Positions 1 through 11,800 of a stretch of 61,118 nt of DNA are shown piece after piece. The position numbers and the translations under genes were made by a program. The stretch is from a virus (lineage: Duplodnaviria; Caudoviricetes), in the IMG/VR virus record IMGVR_UViG_3300024264_000034, positions 1-61,118 of that record, one strand, 5' to 3'. The first letter of the stretch is position 1. The number at the start of each line of letters is the position of its first letter. The notes below the pieces were generated by a model. It was not told where the DNA came from and did no database searches. It saw only the letters and a program-made list of their open reading frames with translations.

Positions 1-1065
1 GTCCTTGTGGGCCTTGAATACCAGTTGCACCTATTTCACCTTGTGGTCCTTGTGGACCATCAGCACCTTGTGGACCTTGTGGTCCTTGAATACCAGTTGC
101 ACCTATTTCACCTTGTGGTCCTTGAACACCAGTTGCACCTGTTTGACCTTGTGGTCCTTGAATACCAGTTGCACCTATTTCACCTTGTGGTCCTTGTGGA
201 CCATCAGCACCTTGTGGACCTTGAATACCAGTTGCACCTATTTCTCCTTGTGGACCTTGTGGACCATCAGCACCTTGTGGACCTTGTGGTCCTTGAATAC
301 CAGTTGCACCTATTTCACCTTGTGGTCCTTGAACACCAGTTGCACCAGTTTGACCTTGTGGGCCTTGAATACCAGTTGCACCTATTTCACCTTGTGGTCC
401 TTGTGGACCATCAGCACCTTGTGGACCTTGTGGACCTTGAATACCTGTTGCACCAGTTTCTCCTTGTGGTCCTTGTGGACCATCAGCACCTTGTGGACCT
501 TGTGGACCTTGAATACCAGTTGCACCTATTTCACCTTGTGGTCCTTGAACACCAGTTGCACCAGTTTCTCCTTGTGGTCCTTGTGGACCTTGAATACCTG
601 TTGCGCCAGTTTCTCCTTGTGGACCTTGTGGACCTTGAATACCTGTAGCTCCAGTATCTCCCATAACCCCTTGTGGACCTTGTGGTCCTTGTGGACCATC
701 AGCACCTTGTGGACCTTGAACACCAGTTGCACCAGTTTCTCCTTGTGGACCTTGTGGACCATCAGCACCTTGTGGACCTTGAATACCTGTTGATCCTGTT
801 TCTCCTTGTGGTCCTTGTGGACCATCAGCACCTTCTGGTCCTTGTGGACCTTGAATACCTGTTGATCCTGTTTCTCCTTGTGGACCTTGTGGACCATCAG
901 CACCTTGTGGTCCTTGTGGACCTTGAATACCTGTTGATCCTGTTTCTCCTTGTGGACCTTGTGGGCCATCAGCACCTTGCGGACCTTGAATACCTGTTGC
1001 ACCTTCAGTTCCTTGTGGTCCTTGTGGGCCGCCTGCTCCTTGCGGGCCTTGTGGTCCTTGAACAC
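1..1065. repeat. Tandem 9-bp-unit repeat encoding collagen Gly-X-Y triplets
   Basis: Units such as ccttgtgga, ccttgtggt, ccagttgca and ccttgaata recur continuously and encode GPQ/GAT/GIQ on the minus strand. Confidence 0.95.
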
Positions 1066-1693
1066 CACCCCCACCACCGCCACCAGTAGCACCTACATAT
1101 TGAAATCCTGTTACATATAAATTAAAACCTCCTGGATAATTACCACCCGAATTTGTATTAATAGCAGAAACTAAATCATTAGCTAAAAATAACAATCCCA
1201 TATCATAGTTCCATACCCATGCTACATAACCAGGGGTAGCATCTTGCTCTGCTGTTGTAAGAATTTCTTGTCCTCCAGCACTTGGATTACCACTCCATAA
1301 TTTAATAGAATATCCTATAGATGCATTACCATTAGCTTGTGGTATAGAAGGTGGTTGAATCCAATTTTCTTCAACTCCACCAGATGGGGTGTTTAGTGTT
1401 GTATATGCAATCCATGTATTATCAGCACCTGCAGTTACTCTACTTAATTGTAATGGTGATGCTGTTGTAGTTTCTCTAATGTTAGTTGGATCAGCAGCTG
1501 CATTAGATTGTGCAGTTGCTATATTAGCCGCAACTGGGATAAGACTATAATTGGTTAATATTCTTGCTGGAATAACTTTAGGACTAAACGATAATTTAGA
1601 CTCATACCATCTTGCCCCTGAATCAGCGTCTATAACACCACCAGCCTGTACCTTAAAGGTTAACTTATTTACATCAGTTGTACTAAATCCCAT
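2..1693 (-). CDS. Collagen-like (Gly-X-Y) virion fibre protein, N-terminal part; runs off the window edge
   Basis: Missing from the ORF track because it has no stop in the window. ATG at 1693-1691 gives [19 protein letters not shown]...[28 protein letters not shown], then continuous GPQ/GAT/GIQ/GEI/GAD triplets to the window start. Confidence 0.88.
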   Translation of the reverse strand, partial: MGFSTTDVNKLTFKVQAGGVIDADSGARWYESKLSFSPKVIPARILTNYSLIPVAANIATAQSNAAADPTNIRETTTASPLQLSRVTAGADNTWIAYTTLNTPSGGVEENWIQPPSIPQANGNASIGYSIKLWSGNPSAGGQEILTTAEQDATPGYVAWVWNYDMGLLFLANDLVSAINTNSGGNYPGGFNLYVTGFQYVGATGGGGGGGVQGPQGPQGAGGPQGPQGTEGATGIQGPQGADGPQGPQGETGSTGIQGPQGPQGADGPQGPQGETGSTGIQGPQGPEGADGPQGPQGETGSTGIQGPQGADGPQGPQGETGATGVQGPQGADGPQGPQGPQGVMGDTGATGIQGPQGPQGETGATGIQGPQGPQGETGATGVQGPQGEIGATGIQGPQGPQGADGPQGPQGETGATGIQGPQGPQGADGPQGPQGEIGATGIQGPQGQTGATGVQGPQGEIGATGIQGPQGPQGADGPQGPQGEIGATGIQGPQGADGPQGPQGEIGATGIQGPQGQTGATGVQGPQGEIGATGIQGPQGPQGADGPQGPQGEIGATGIQGPQG

Positions 1694-1732
1694 TTATATT
1701 GATTTCTTTTTATATTTATTCATCTTCATATC

Positions 1733-4585
1733 TTATCCTGCCTCAGTTGTTCCGTTTGCATAAACTAATGTTACTATAGCGCTATCGATTCTTTGTGTAG
1801 TATCAATTAATTGTATTTCAATATAAAATCCTTCCAATGCATTAGATCCACCAAAAGTACCGGTTACTGTGTTACTCACTGTACTACCTGTTCTACATTG
1901 CCCTGAACCATCTGCATTATCTATTGAAGTTGGAGGATCAGTAAATACTCCACTATTAAAACCTACACCATGCATTGAATGTGGTACTGCTGCAAAACCA
2001 ATATTAGAAGATGTTGGCGAATTTTTCTTTCTTATATAAATTCTCATATTTGAATTTAGTAAAGAAGTAAATGCCGTTCCTCCAGTAAAAGATCCAGTAA
2101 ATGCTATTTCAAATGAAGCAATTACCAATGTAGGATTAGCAGTTGTTTCAAATAATCTATGATATACTCCTGGATTAATTAATGAAGTATAATTAGGATT
2201 AGCAGTGCCTAAATCTGGTTTATATCCTGAAACATTAGGTATTGTAGTATTATATCCACCGCTTGGGGTATTACCTGCAGAACCATTATCTCTAAAGAAT
2301 TTAAAAGGTGTAATAATATTACTTCCTACTGTACATGCATTAGTAAATGGGCCGGCTGAACCAGATCCATTTGGAGCTTGTGTAATGTCTGCTAAACTTA
2401 AATTAGAATTCCAAGCAGTGTATGCACCAACACCTCTAACTAATCTATATTCTTCATCTATAAATGTTTCTCTTAATGTTGGATTAGATCCATTATTACC
2501 AGTAGTATTATAAGTATCTATTAATATAGACTTTGCTGGTGTAGAAGTTTTTTGGGCTCCGTTGGTCCAAGGATCATACGGTCTAGCATTAATAGTTGCA
2601 GTTGCAGCTCTAAATCTCCAATTACTATTTCCAATTGCCCAAGAATCATATTCCCAGTCAATATTTTGATCATTATCTTCATCATTCCAACCGGTCCATG
2701 TTCCTAAATTACTTGAAAACGAATAAGGTGCCTGTTGTAATGTTGCCAAATTATAATTTGGACCCTGTGCTAATAAATTATATGTAGCACCACTACCAGA
2801 TCTCCCTTGTGTATTTGCATTCCAATTATCAATTTCATTTACATTTATTGTAAATTGAGAACCGTCTACGTAATATTCTATACCACTTAAATGTTTTGTT
2901 AAAATATTACCAACAGTTTCAGCTATTGTCACAGTTCCTGTTATAACTGATGAAGTTGGATTAGTATCAAAAAATACATCGTTGCTTTCTGCAACATATG
3001 AAGTTGACCCATTTCCATTAGGTCCGAAATAAGGATATACATTTCCAGTATCCGTAACTGCATCAGTTTTCATAGAAATTTCAACATGAAAACGCCCACC
3101 ATCATAACCTGCTGCTGTTAAAATATTATCTACTTGAACAGTAACAGATACCGATGCTTTAAATTTTGTAGTATCCGCTGCATAATTTGCAATAGTTACT
3201 GATATAAAACCGTTTCCTGTTGATTGAGTACCATTTGCACCTAGTGCACCAGTAGTAAATGCTTGTAATGTAGTTGTTCCATCAGCATCATAAACCCTTA
3301 CAGTAATTGTAGCTGCATCAGGTAAGGTTGTACTAGGATCACTAAATCCTGTACATACACCTGCTGTTGAAAATGTAAGATTACCATTTGCTGATGTATA
3401 TGAAGGTTTATTATTTGATGCCCATAATGTATTAGATCCACCACCAGTTCTATATGGACTACCTTCTCCACCATTAGGAATACTTATTCTAGGTGATGAT
3501 GGAAATGACTGTGTATCCATTTTTGCACTACCTTGAGCATTAGTCTTATTAAAATAAGGGGCAAATGTTGGAGTAGGAATATAAACATTTACTTGTCCAG
3601 GAGTTCCACTATCCTCTGCTAATACATCAACACCAATAAAATTCATGGTAGTATAATTTCCTATTGTTGTTCCTTCGTCTGCAACAGTAAGACTACCACC
3701 ACCACCTGCCGCTGAGATAGTTATATTATTATTACCATCATCAGTTAGAGTAATATTGGAACCTTCTTTTAAAAATACAGTATCTGTTGAACCAACATTA
3801 GGTACTAAGTTAATACTAGCTGTATCTGTTGTTACTGTTGCAATTACACCTGTCACATCAGTACCTGGACCGTCTACAGTAAATGTATCACCAGGAGCAT
3901 ATCCTGCACCAGCAGCAACTACAGTTATTTGATCGGCATCTATAATACCTCCACCTGAAACCGTTCCTACTAATACTGTTAAGTTTCCATCACCATTACC
4001 TGTAACTACTGTTGTTGATAATGTAGATCCTGCTACATATGAAGTTCCACCAGATGGATTAGTTAATGTTAATGCTGGGCCAGATTGAGAGCTTGTTAAA
4101 TCATAAGTATCACCTATTCCACTAGCACCCTGTGGTCCTTGTGGACCTTGTGGCCCTTGAATACCAGTTGCACCTATTTCACCTTGTGGTCCTTGTGGCC
4201 CTTGTGGTCCAATTTCTCCTTGTGGACCTTGTGGCCCTTGAATACCAGTTGCACCTATTTCACCTTGTGGTCCTTGTGGTCCTTGTGGTCCTTGTGGTCC
4301 TTGTACACCACTCCCTGAGCCTACAAATAACCAATTTGCTATGTTGGTATAATTAGCAGCATCTTGTAAAACATAAACTCCATTATTAGCAGGTGTAGCA
4401 TCATTCCATACAGTAACAGTTAAACCATTAAATACATAAATACCACCATCTAAAGCAGTCCATGTTGCTGTTAAAACTAAATCTGATTTAGAAGGTACAA
4501 CAATCCTAGCATCTAACGGTGCACCAACTTGTGGTTCAAAGTTATTACTGAATCCTATTCCTCCGCTTGGTCTATTTCCTGCCAT
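1733..4585 (-). CDS. Putative virion fibre/decoration protein with N-terminal PLDAR-motif domain and short collagen stretch (950 aa)
   Basis: N-terminus MAGNR...NFEPQ...PLDAR is shared with 4595..5893, followed by a GPQ collagen stretch and G/S/T/N-rich beta-type sequence. Confidence 0.7.
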   Translation of the reverse strand: MAGNRPSGGIGFSNNFEPQVGAPLDARIVVPSKSDLVLTATWTALDGGIYVFNGLTVTVWNDATPANNGVYVLQDAANYTNIANWLFVGSGSGVQGPQGPQGPQGPQGEIGATGIQGPQGPQGEIGPQGPQGPQGEIGATGIQGPQGPQGPQGASGIGDTYDLTSSQSGPALTLTNPSGGTSYVAGSTLSTTVVTGNGDGNLTVLVGTVSGGGIIDADQITVVAAGAGYAPGDTFTVDGPGTDVTGVIATVTTDTASINLVPNVGSTDTVFLKEGSNITLTDDGNNNITISAAGGGGSLTVADEGTTIGNYTTMNFIGVDVLAEDSGTPGQVNVYIPTPTFAPYFNKTNAQGSAKMDTQSFPSSPRISIPNGGEGSPYRTGGGSNTLWASNNKPSYTSANGNLTFSTAGVCTGFSDPSTTLPDAATITVRVYDADGTTTLQAFTTGALGANGTQSTGNGFISVTIANYAADTTKFKASVSVTVQVDNILTAAGYDGGRFHVEISMKTDAVTDTGNVYPYFGPNGNGSTSYVAESNDVFFDTNPTSSVITGTVTIAETVGNILTKHLSGIEYYVDGSQFTINVNEIDNWNANTQGRSGSGATYNLLAQGPNYNLATLQQAPYSFSSNLGTWTGWNDEDNDQNIDWEYDSWAIGNSNWRFRAATATINARPYDPWTNGAQKTSTPAKSILIDTYNTTGNNGSNPTLRETFIDEEYRLVRGVGAYTAWNSNLSLADITQAPNGSGSAGPFTNACTVGSNIITPFKFFRDNGSAGNTPSGGYNTTIPNVSGYKPDLGTANPNYTSLINPGVYHRLFETTANPTLVIASFEIAFTGSFTGGTAFTSLLNSNMRIYIRKKNSPTSSNIGFAAVPHSMHGVGFNSGVFTDPPTSIDNADGSGQCRTGSTVSNTVTGTFGGSNALEGFYIEIQLIDTTQRIDSAIVTLVYANGTTEAG
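4120..4310. repeat. Collagen-encoding repeat inside the 950-aa gene
   Basis: [27 protein letters not shown]...; the DNA units match those at both window ends. Confidence 0.9.
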
Positions 4586-4594
4586 ATTGTATTA

Positions 4595-5893
4595 TTATGA
4601 TTTAAATCTATATTGTCCAGCACCTCTTGGATAACCTGCGTTATTTGTAAATCTAGTATAATTAATAAAATTACCAGATCCTGTAGGTACTTCGTGTGTT
4701 GTTGCTGATGTTGTCCAATCACTTAATGCCGAAGCTCCCCATTGATTACTAAATGTATTAAAAAATTGTACTATATTTATTGTACTCCAACCAGCCTGTC
4801 CGCCACCTGCAATAGGAATGTCTACTGTTTGCCTGTCAGCTGATGAAAATGATTCAGCTACTAATGATACTGTTGCATATCCTGACATACTTACTAATGA
4901 TTGTTTAGTCATTGTACTAATACTTGATGTAGTAGCAAATACAGGATATACTCCTGTTATAGTTCTAGATATAGTACTTGTTGTTCCTGCTGATAATGCC
5001 CCAGGTGGATCAAAATCACTACCTACACTATCTTTAGGCATTACTCCTGCATCAAATGAAACTGAATTTGTCCATGTATTTGCACCAGCTAAAATAGTAT
5101 AAGCTCCTGTTGTTGCGCTCTCAGCTAAAGATGTACTTACAACTGGAGAAACTCCAGTACCATTAAAGTTATATGTATTAGGTAATCCACTTCTTTTATT
5201 ACTCGCAGAAGTATATTGCGGGTTTATAAGTCCTTGGTTAAATGTTGCATTAAGAGTTACTGGTACATTTGCTCCAATTTCTTGATATGTTGCGCCTGGT
5301 GTAATTGTTAAAGTAGCAGATGGTGCTGTTAATGCTGGATTTAATGTAGGATATAACATTTTATTCATCATTGCTTCAAAGGTTTCATTTGAAAACGTTT
5401 CACCGCTTGGTATATTATCAAATGGTGAATTACCTGGAAATGGTTGAGGTGTTGGTGTAGCATTAGTATAAGAACCAAGGCCGCCTGAAATTGTAACTGT
5501 AATATTTTCATTATCAGTACCAGCACCTGTTACAGTAACACCTGTACCAACAAAATCAATATCTTTAACTTTAGTTGTTATAGATGTCCCACTATCTTTA
5601 ATTTCAATATCTTGGCCACTACCGCTACCTACAAATTTCCAATTATTAATATCTTGGTAACCTGCAATACTTAATAATATGTAAACACCGTTGTTAGCCG
5701 GAGTAGTATCTTCAGCAACCGTGACAGTCATACCTACATAAATATAAGAACCTCCATCATTAGCTACCCACGTGTTTGCTAAAAGCAAATCAGCTTGAGT
5801 AGGCACGATGGCTCTCGCATCAAGTGGTGAAGAAATTTGTGGTTCAAAATTTCCTGCAAAATTAAATAATCCGTTTGTTCTATTTCCTGCCAT
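4595..5893 (-). CDS. Putative virion fibre/decoration protein (432 aa), mosaic paralogue of both neighbours
   Basis: N-terminal domain is shared with 1733..4585. C-terminal domain (YTNATPTPQPFPG...MLYPTLNP...NPQYTSAS..RSGLPN.Y...RTITGVY.VFATT) is shared with 5903..7036. Confidence 0.7.
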   Translation of the reverse strand: MAGNRTNGLFNFAGNFEPQISSPLDARAIVPTQADLLLANTWVANDGGSYIYVGMTVTVAEDTTPANNGVYILLSIAGYQDINNWKFVGSGSGQDIEIKDSGTSITTKVKDIDFVGTGVTVTGAGTDNENITVTISGGLGSYTNATPTPQPFPGNSPFDNIPSGETFSNETFEAMMNKMLYPTLNPALTAPSATLTITPGATYQEIGANVPVTLNATFNQGLINPQYTSASNKRSGLPNTYNFNGTGVSPVVSTSLAESATTGAYTILAGANTWTNSVSFDAGVMPKDSVGSDFDPPGALSAGTTSTISRTITGVYPVFATTSSISTMTKQSLVSMSGYATVSLVAESFSSADRQTVDIPIAGGGQAGWSTINIVQFFNTFSNQWGASALSDWTTSATTHEVPTGSGNFINYTRFTNNAGYPRGAGQYRFKS

Positions 5894-5902
5894 ATTATAT
5901 TA

Positions 5903-7036
5903 TTATGTTGTAAATTGTAATTGCCTAGCACCAATAGTATTACCATTATGTGTATAGAGTTTATAAGCTACTGACGTACCATCAGGAGAATTTCTATTTT
6001 CATTAGTTACAGTAAATGCAGCTAAGCCATTAGGAACAACTTCAAATTGATTTGTAAATGGACTAAATTGTTTTAATCCTGTAATTGTTGACCAAGCAGC
6101 AGGTATTGATATTGCTTGCTTAGGGCCACTTGGAACTTCAGCAACCATAGATACTTGTATTGTTGAGGTCATTGATTGTAAGCTCTGTGGTGAAAGTGTA
6201 CCGGCAGTAGCAGTTGTTGCAAAGACACGGTATACACCTGTTATAGTTCTAGTAATAGTACTTGTAGTTCCAGCAGGTAATGGGCTACCAAAATCGCCAC
6301 CGCCACTATCCTTAGGTTGAACACCAGCATCATAATCAACAGATCCTGTCCATGATTGTGGGCCTAGTAAAACTAAGTAATTTGAAATAGTTTGAGCATT
6401 TGATGTACTAGTACTTGGAACAGTAGCTGGTAGAGTCGTACCTGTATAATCATACGCATTTGGAAGGCCACTTCTAAATGGGCTTGCAGATGTGTATTGT
6501 GGATTTATAGATCCTCTGTTAAGTGTTGCATTAAAATTTAATGTTGCTAATGTTGCACCAGTTTCCTGGAGACCTTGTTGAGTTAATGTAAATGTTGAAG
6601 AAGGATTAGATAATGATGGGTCTAGTGTTGGATATAACATAGCATCCATCATCTCTGTAAATGTTTGATCTATAAATGTTGTACCTGCAGCAATGTTAGC
6701 AAATGCACCAGTTCCTGGAAAGGACTGTGGCATCGCTGTTGTATTTGTATAATTACCTCCCCCGCTATAAATAGGAATATTTAAAACACCGGCACCTGAT
6801 AATGTTGCAGGACCTGATGAACCTATTGTTGTTAATCCACCAAACGGTATTCCGCTTTGAGCATTAATTGTTACAGTAGTGCCTGATGGTGTTGTTACAG
6901 TATTAAGTGTAACACCGGTACCTGCCACAAGAACTGGGTTATATGTAGAGTCAATTAAATCTACTAACGAATCTTGTGTCATTAGATCTCCACTTTCAAA
7001 AAGTGCTTTTAATTGATACTTAAGTAATACGGACAT
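5903..7036 (-). CDS. Putative virion structural protein (377 aa)
   Basis: C-terminal domain is clearly paralogous to 4595..5893; T/S/G-rich. Confidence 0.65.
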   Translation of the reverse strand: MSVLLKYQLKALFESGDLMTQDSLVDLIDSTYNPVLVAGTGVTLNTVTTPSGTTVTINAQSGIPFGGLTTIGSSGPATLSGAGVLNIPIYSGGGNYTNTTAMPQSFPGTGAFANIAAGTTFIDQTFTEMMDAMLYPTLDPSLSNPSSTFTLTQQGLQETGATLATLNFNATLNRGSINPQYTSASPFRSGLPNAYDYTGTTLPATVPSTSTSNAQTISNYLVLLGPQSWTGSVDYDAGVQPKDSGGGDFGSPLPAGTTSTITRTITGVYRVFATTATAGTLSPQSLQSMTSTIQVSMVAEVPSGPKQAISIPAAWSTITGLKQFSPFTNQFEVVPNGLAAFTVTNENRNSPDGTSVAYKLYTHNGNTIGARQLQFTT

Positions 7037-7063
7037 AGCAGTTGATAGTATTTGTTTTATTTA

Positions 7064-7306
7064 TCAACCCTTCATGATATTTAAAAACTTATCAAATGAT
7101 ACTAGGTGCTTTTTCTTCTTTTTCTTTTTCTTCTTTTTAGTAGGCTCTAATAAATCACCGCTTCCGGTTTTTTGGCTACTAAAAGAATTCATAGAACCTG
7201 GGTCACCAGGAAGAGTAGCATTTCCCATACTCTGAACATTCATGTTAGGGTTGAGATTAACAGTACCTGCTTCGTTTTCTTTTATCTTTTTAGGTTGAGG
7301 TTGCAT
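7064..7306 (-). CDS. Small protein with a 10-Lys run and a C-terminal capsid-targeting-like motif (80 aa)
   Basis: Fits tightly between neighbours; ...PTKKKKKKKKKKHLVSFDKFLNIMKG. Confidence 0.6.
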   Translation of the reverse strand: MQPQPKKIKENEAGTVNLNPNMNVQSMGNATLPGDPGSMNSFSSQKTGSGDLLEPTKKKKKKKKKKHLVSFDKFLNIMKG

Positions 7307-7309
7307 TAT

Positions 7310-8878
7310 TTATTTAATGTTTTGTTTCATCCAACGAGTAATCCAGCCTTTAAGTTCTTTTGCTGCTGGTTTAATATCAGAAGGTTCTGTCATTGGTCCA
7401 TTTTTCCATCTGTCCCAATCAGATTGAATTATACCTAATGCATTTGCAATTTCTGGCATTAACTCAATATAATCTTCATTAATTGTAGATTCATATAATC
7501 CGATTATGCCTTCGTCATCAAGTTTTTTATATCCTTTTTTATCTAGCATAGTTAAAACATCATCTACCGTATCATATCCAAGTTCAGAGTCTAACTCATT
7601 GTTACCATCTCCCATAACAGTCCAATCATATATGAATTGCTCCCAGTCATCAGCAGTAACTTCATCTCTTTTATTATAAGTCTTCATAAACGCTTTAACT
7701 ATTGTCTTAGCATCGTTTTCATTAATTACAGATTCATTATAACTAACAATATCAGAATATTTAATTTCATGTTCTCCACCGTCTTGGTCTAATGCAAAAA
7801 TAGTTTTATCACCCCACATCGAATCATTATCATCATTACCATTGCCAAATGCATAAATGACATATTCTTCACCATTACCTAGTTGAATCATACCATCATC
7901 TTTTTTCATAGTCTTTATTAGACTCTTTTTATTAAATTTTGCTTCATTAATACTACTGAAGTCTGTTAGTGATTTTAAATTTTTCATATCTTTATTTTCT
8001 TTTATTGGTTGCATTATATCTTGTAACGGTTTATAAAACTTATGTATACTTTTTGGAGTCATTTTCTTAAAAGTCTTTTCATCATCTATCTTTAATGCAT
8101 TCCTAACTTTAGACGCCGAAATATTTTCTTCACCTCTTTTTATTTCAAAACCTTTAAAGCTTGGATCAACACCTAGATCATCTCTATATGATTGTTTATT
8201 AATCATAGCACCGTAAGATTTCTTTCTATCAGTACCATAACCCCACATCATAGGTTCGTATGTTGGTCTTGCTGCTGCAAACATTGTATCAATTGCACCA
8301 TTAGGAACTACAAAACTTGCTTCTAAAAATGGATATTGTTTTTTCATTTTAGCAAACATAGCTTGTTGCATATCTTCATCAAACGGTCTTTTCTCTGGAT
8401 CGGCTTTACCGCCTCTTACCATATAAACAACAACAGGTAAACCGTTTTCTTTATACATTTTTTCAAATACTTTAACATGACCTAATGTAAAAGGTTGAAA
8501 TCTACCAACAAACATATTTACTGGCTTTTTACCTTTTTCTTTATGGGGTACATTTAATGCTTCATTAAGTATTGTGGTTTTATTTTTTACTCTTAATCCA
8601 TAAGGAGAAAGGGAAAATGTTTTGATTCCTGCTTGATCTTCACTGATATTAAATAAAGTTTTATTTCTACCTAACCATCTTTTATTAGCTCTAAGCTCCG
8701 AAAGAATTTTAGACATTTCTTCTTCAGTAATATGACCGTCTGATATAGCATCTAAAATTACACTTCTGATTCTAGCATTTGTAGATACATTCTTAGCGGG
8801 GTATGCTTCTGTGTATCTTCTCTTTACTACTATCTTCTTTTCATTTAAGAAATTATTTAAATCATTTAAATTATCCAT
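7310..8878 (-). CDS. HxGH-superfamily (cytidylyltransferase/NMN adenylyltransferase-like) nucleotidyltransferase with appended modules
   Basis: FVGRFQPFTLGHVKV (HxGH-type motif), GYGTDR and ISASKVR (ISST-like motif). Extra N- and C-terminal modules are separated by LNE/INE sites. Confidence 0.8.
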   Translation of the reverse strand: MDNLNDLNNFLNEKKIVVKRRYTEAYPAKNVSTNARIRSVILDAISDGHITEEEMSKILSELRANKRWLGRNKTLFNISEDQAGIKTFSLSPYGLRVKNKTTILNEALNVPHKEKGKKPVNMFVGRFQPFTLGHVKVFEKMYKENGLPVVVYMVRGGKADPEKRPFDEDMQQAMFAKMKKQYPFLEASFVVPNGAIDTMFAAARPTYEPMMWGYGTDRKKSYGAMINKQSYRDDLGVDPSFKGFEIKRGEENISASKVRNALKIDDEKTFKKMTPKSIHKFYKPLQDIMQPIKENKDMKNLKSLTDFSSINEAKFNKKSLIKTMKKDDGMIQLGNGEEYVIYAFGNGNDDNDSMWGDKTIFALDQDGGEHEIKYSDIVSYNESVINENDAKTIVKAFMKTYNKRDEVTADDWEQFIYDWTVMGDGNNELDSELGYDTVDDVLTMLDKKGYKKLDDEGIIGLYESTINEDYIELMPEIANALGIIQSDWDRWKNGPMTEPSDIKPAAKELKGWITRWMKQNIK

Positions 8879-8881
8879 ACC

Positions 8882-11800
8882 TTATATATTTGATTCTTCA
8901 ACCTTTGTATTTTTAAACCTTGTTGGTACTGGATTAGATGGTCTTCCAGTTTTTGTAAATCCTATATTAAATTCAAATTTAAGTTTAGCTATAGAATTAA
9001 TACCATCAGTTGTATCTACAGTTGCCTTACCTGTCTTTTTATCAACACCCCAAACTTCATTTGTAAATAATTGTGATTTTACAGTTTCATTATAAGTGTT
9101 AGCATATGCTTTTCCTAAATCATAATAAGCTTCATATTTAGCTCTTAATTCATCTTCATCTAAATCTGGATCCTTTTTCTTTACATAAGCGATTGCGCTA
9201 TTAATAGATTTAGTTTTTCTCTCAACATATTCAGGATCTTCTAAATCAAAATCATACTTTTTAGCAAGATCCTTAATTTCATTAGCGGTCTTTTTAGTAT
9301 CTTCAGCTGTACCGTCAAAAATACCTGAATACATTTTAGTTTTATCTGACATTTTTGCAAGGTCATCTTTGGTTTCCTTTGGTGGAATTTTTTGACCTTT
9401 TGAATTAGTAAATTCTTTGTATTCACTTAACTGTGTTTTTTCACCAGACGCGGACGCGCCACCGGCACCTTTCTTAATTGACCTGGCTTCAACACTGGCC
9501 ATAATTAATTGTATCTTTTTCTGAATTTCTTCTGGTGAATCTTTTTCATAATCAATTTTTTCAGGTGAAATTGAGATAATGTCGCCTAGTGGATAATTAG
9601 AAGCAGCTGGCATATAAACATTATTTCCTTTATTTAATTCTCTCATATAAGAGACCATCTCTACTACATCAGCAGCACCAGTTTTCATATAAGGGTCTAA
9701 CATCATAGCACCAGTAGCAGACATTAACTTTTCATCATATTCTTTTGGGTCTTTAATATCTTTGAGTGATTTAAAATCATTCATTAATTTTTCTTGTGCT
9801 TTAGTAGGTTTCTTATCTCCAAATTGTTTCTTAAATCCGTCAGCTATAATATCAGCAGTGCCGTCTTTTAATTTAGTTCTATTTTCTGGTGTTGTTGGTG
9901 GAGTATCTGGAAATGCTGATAAGGTTTCCATTTCACCTTGGTCTTTAAAAGATTTTTGCGCTTGTTCTACAATGGCATTGTATTTGTTTAATGCAGCTTC
10001 TGCCTTTTCAGCTTCTTTTTTACTACCATATATCTTTTCTAATTTTTCAGTACTAGGTATTTCTTGCTTATCATAATTAACACCATCAAATGAAACTCCC
10101 TTTTCAGATACACCTACTTTAGTTTTAGATTTCTTATCACCGAATAATTTAGCACCAGTCATTTGCTTTTTACCAATACGATTAGCAGATTCTTTATCAA
10201 TATTATCTAAGCCATAATCTTTTGCCACATTAACTATTGAAGCAGGGGAGCTTTTATCACCTAACACTTTTCTATATAAACCAGTTTTTGCTGTATCTAC
10301 ATAAAACTTTGATCCGCTTTGATTTTTCTTAATAATTCCATCTTCTACTAATTCCCCAAATAATTTTTGTTTATCTTCATCAGATGCATTAGGATCATTT
10401 ATAGTTTCCATTGCGGTTAAAACTTTTTCTGCATTTTCTTTTTGGTCCGGATCTTTCACATCGTTTATCTGTTTCTGAATAACATCATTTATTCTAGAAA
10501 GACCTTTTAATTTTTTTGCATCTTCTTCAGGTTCTTTACCACCAACTATTTCTTTTGCCTTTTTATATGCTGGTGTATCTTTGTCATAACCAAGTGCAGA
10601 TGAAACTTTTACTTGTCTTCCTGTTTCTGGATTTTTAAATTTTTGATCTTCAGCATTAGCTTCTATAACTACTTTGCCTAAGTTAATAAATTTATTGTAA
10701 TTAAGAACTTTTTCTTCTACAACCAATTCTTCTAGATCTTTATGATTAACTTCTTCAGCTACTTTATTATTTAAGTATTCTCCGAATGTTGTAAATTCTT
10801 TAGAAGTTTCTTTATTAATGCTATCACTTATTTTAGAAACCATTTTATTAAAATCATCAATTACAGACGCTGTCATAACTGCACCTATTCTTTTAGGATT
10901 TCTTTTCTTTCTTAAAGATCCTAGCATTATTTTATATAAGTTCTTTAATGAATCTGATTTTTGTAAAATTTCTTTAGTCCTACTATTCTTAATTAAGTCT
11001 AAATTTACATCAAACTCAGGCCCTTTTGCAAAATCAGCTTTTTGGATATCTAATTTTTGTAAATCAGTTCCTCTCTTAGATGTATAATCATTAAATAAGT
11101 TATTCACTAATTCCACGTATCTTTCTTGTGGTGTGTTCGTTAGCAATTCACCTGCTCTTAAACCTCTTTCTTCTATAAAAGCTAAGATATCTAACAAAAG
11201 AATTTCATTAATATCCGCAGGAGCTCTTCTTAAATCTACAGGCTCCTTATCTTTCATTAACATTTGAGTATAAGGATCAATCATTTTAGCAGTAAACGTT
11301 TGATTAGTACCTGGTCTAAAAAATTTAAAGATAATTGAATCTATAGGTTTATTTAAATCATTTTGTAAAGTAGTTTTATCAATAGTAGGATTTAAACAAC
11401 CGATTAGATATTTAGCAAATGAGCCTGTACCAAACACTTCCATTTGGTCTTCTCTTGGTGTAGAAAGAAATTCTCTAATCTTTCTTTTTTGTTCTTCTTT
11501 TAAATATCCACTAAATATTGGAATAAGTGGAGTAACTTGAAACGCAGAAGCCCAGTCTCTTAATACCCTAGGATCTTCAATTACTTTAGCAATTTTACCT
11601 TTAGCATTTTTTACTTGGATATGAGTTAAGATTAAATTATTAGCAGGAAGATTATCATATTTAATAGCCCCTGGTTGGTTATGAACAAAATACTGAAAGC
11701 AAAATCTCCAATGATCTGGTAAATCTTGTATATGCCCTTCTGTTTGTTTAAGTATGTATTGGATTGCCGGTTCATAATACATCATTAGTGTTCGGTCCAC

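Noticed and set aside
1-1065. Terminal repeat tracts as CRISPR arrays
   Set aside because: There are no unique spacers; the units are multiples of 9 bp encoding Gly-X-Y, and no cas genes are present.
5-1092. ORF-track entries 5..793 (+), 7..648 (+), 673..1089 (+) and 526..1092 (-)
   Set aside because: Shadow frames of the stop-free collagen repeat; the real gene is the minus-strand Gly-X-Y frame starting at 1693.
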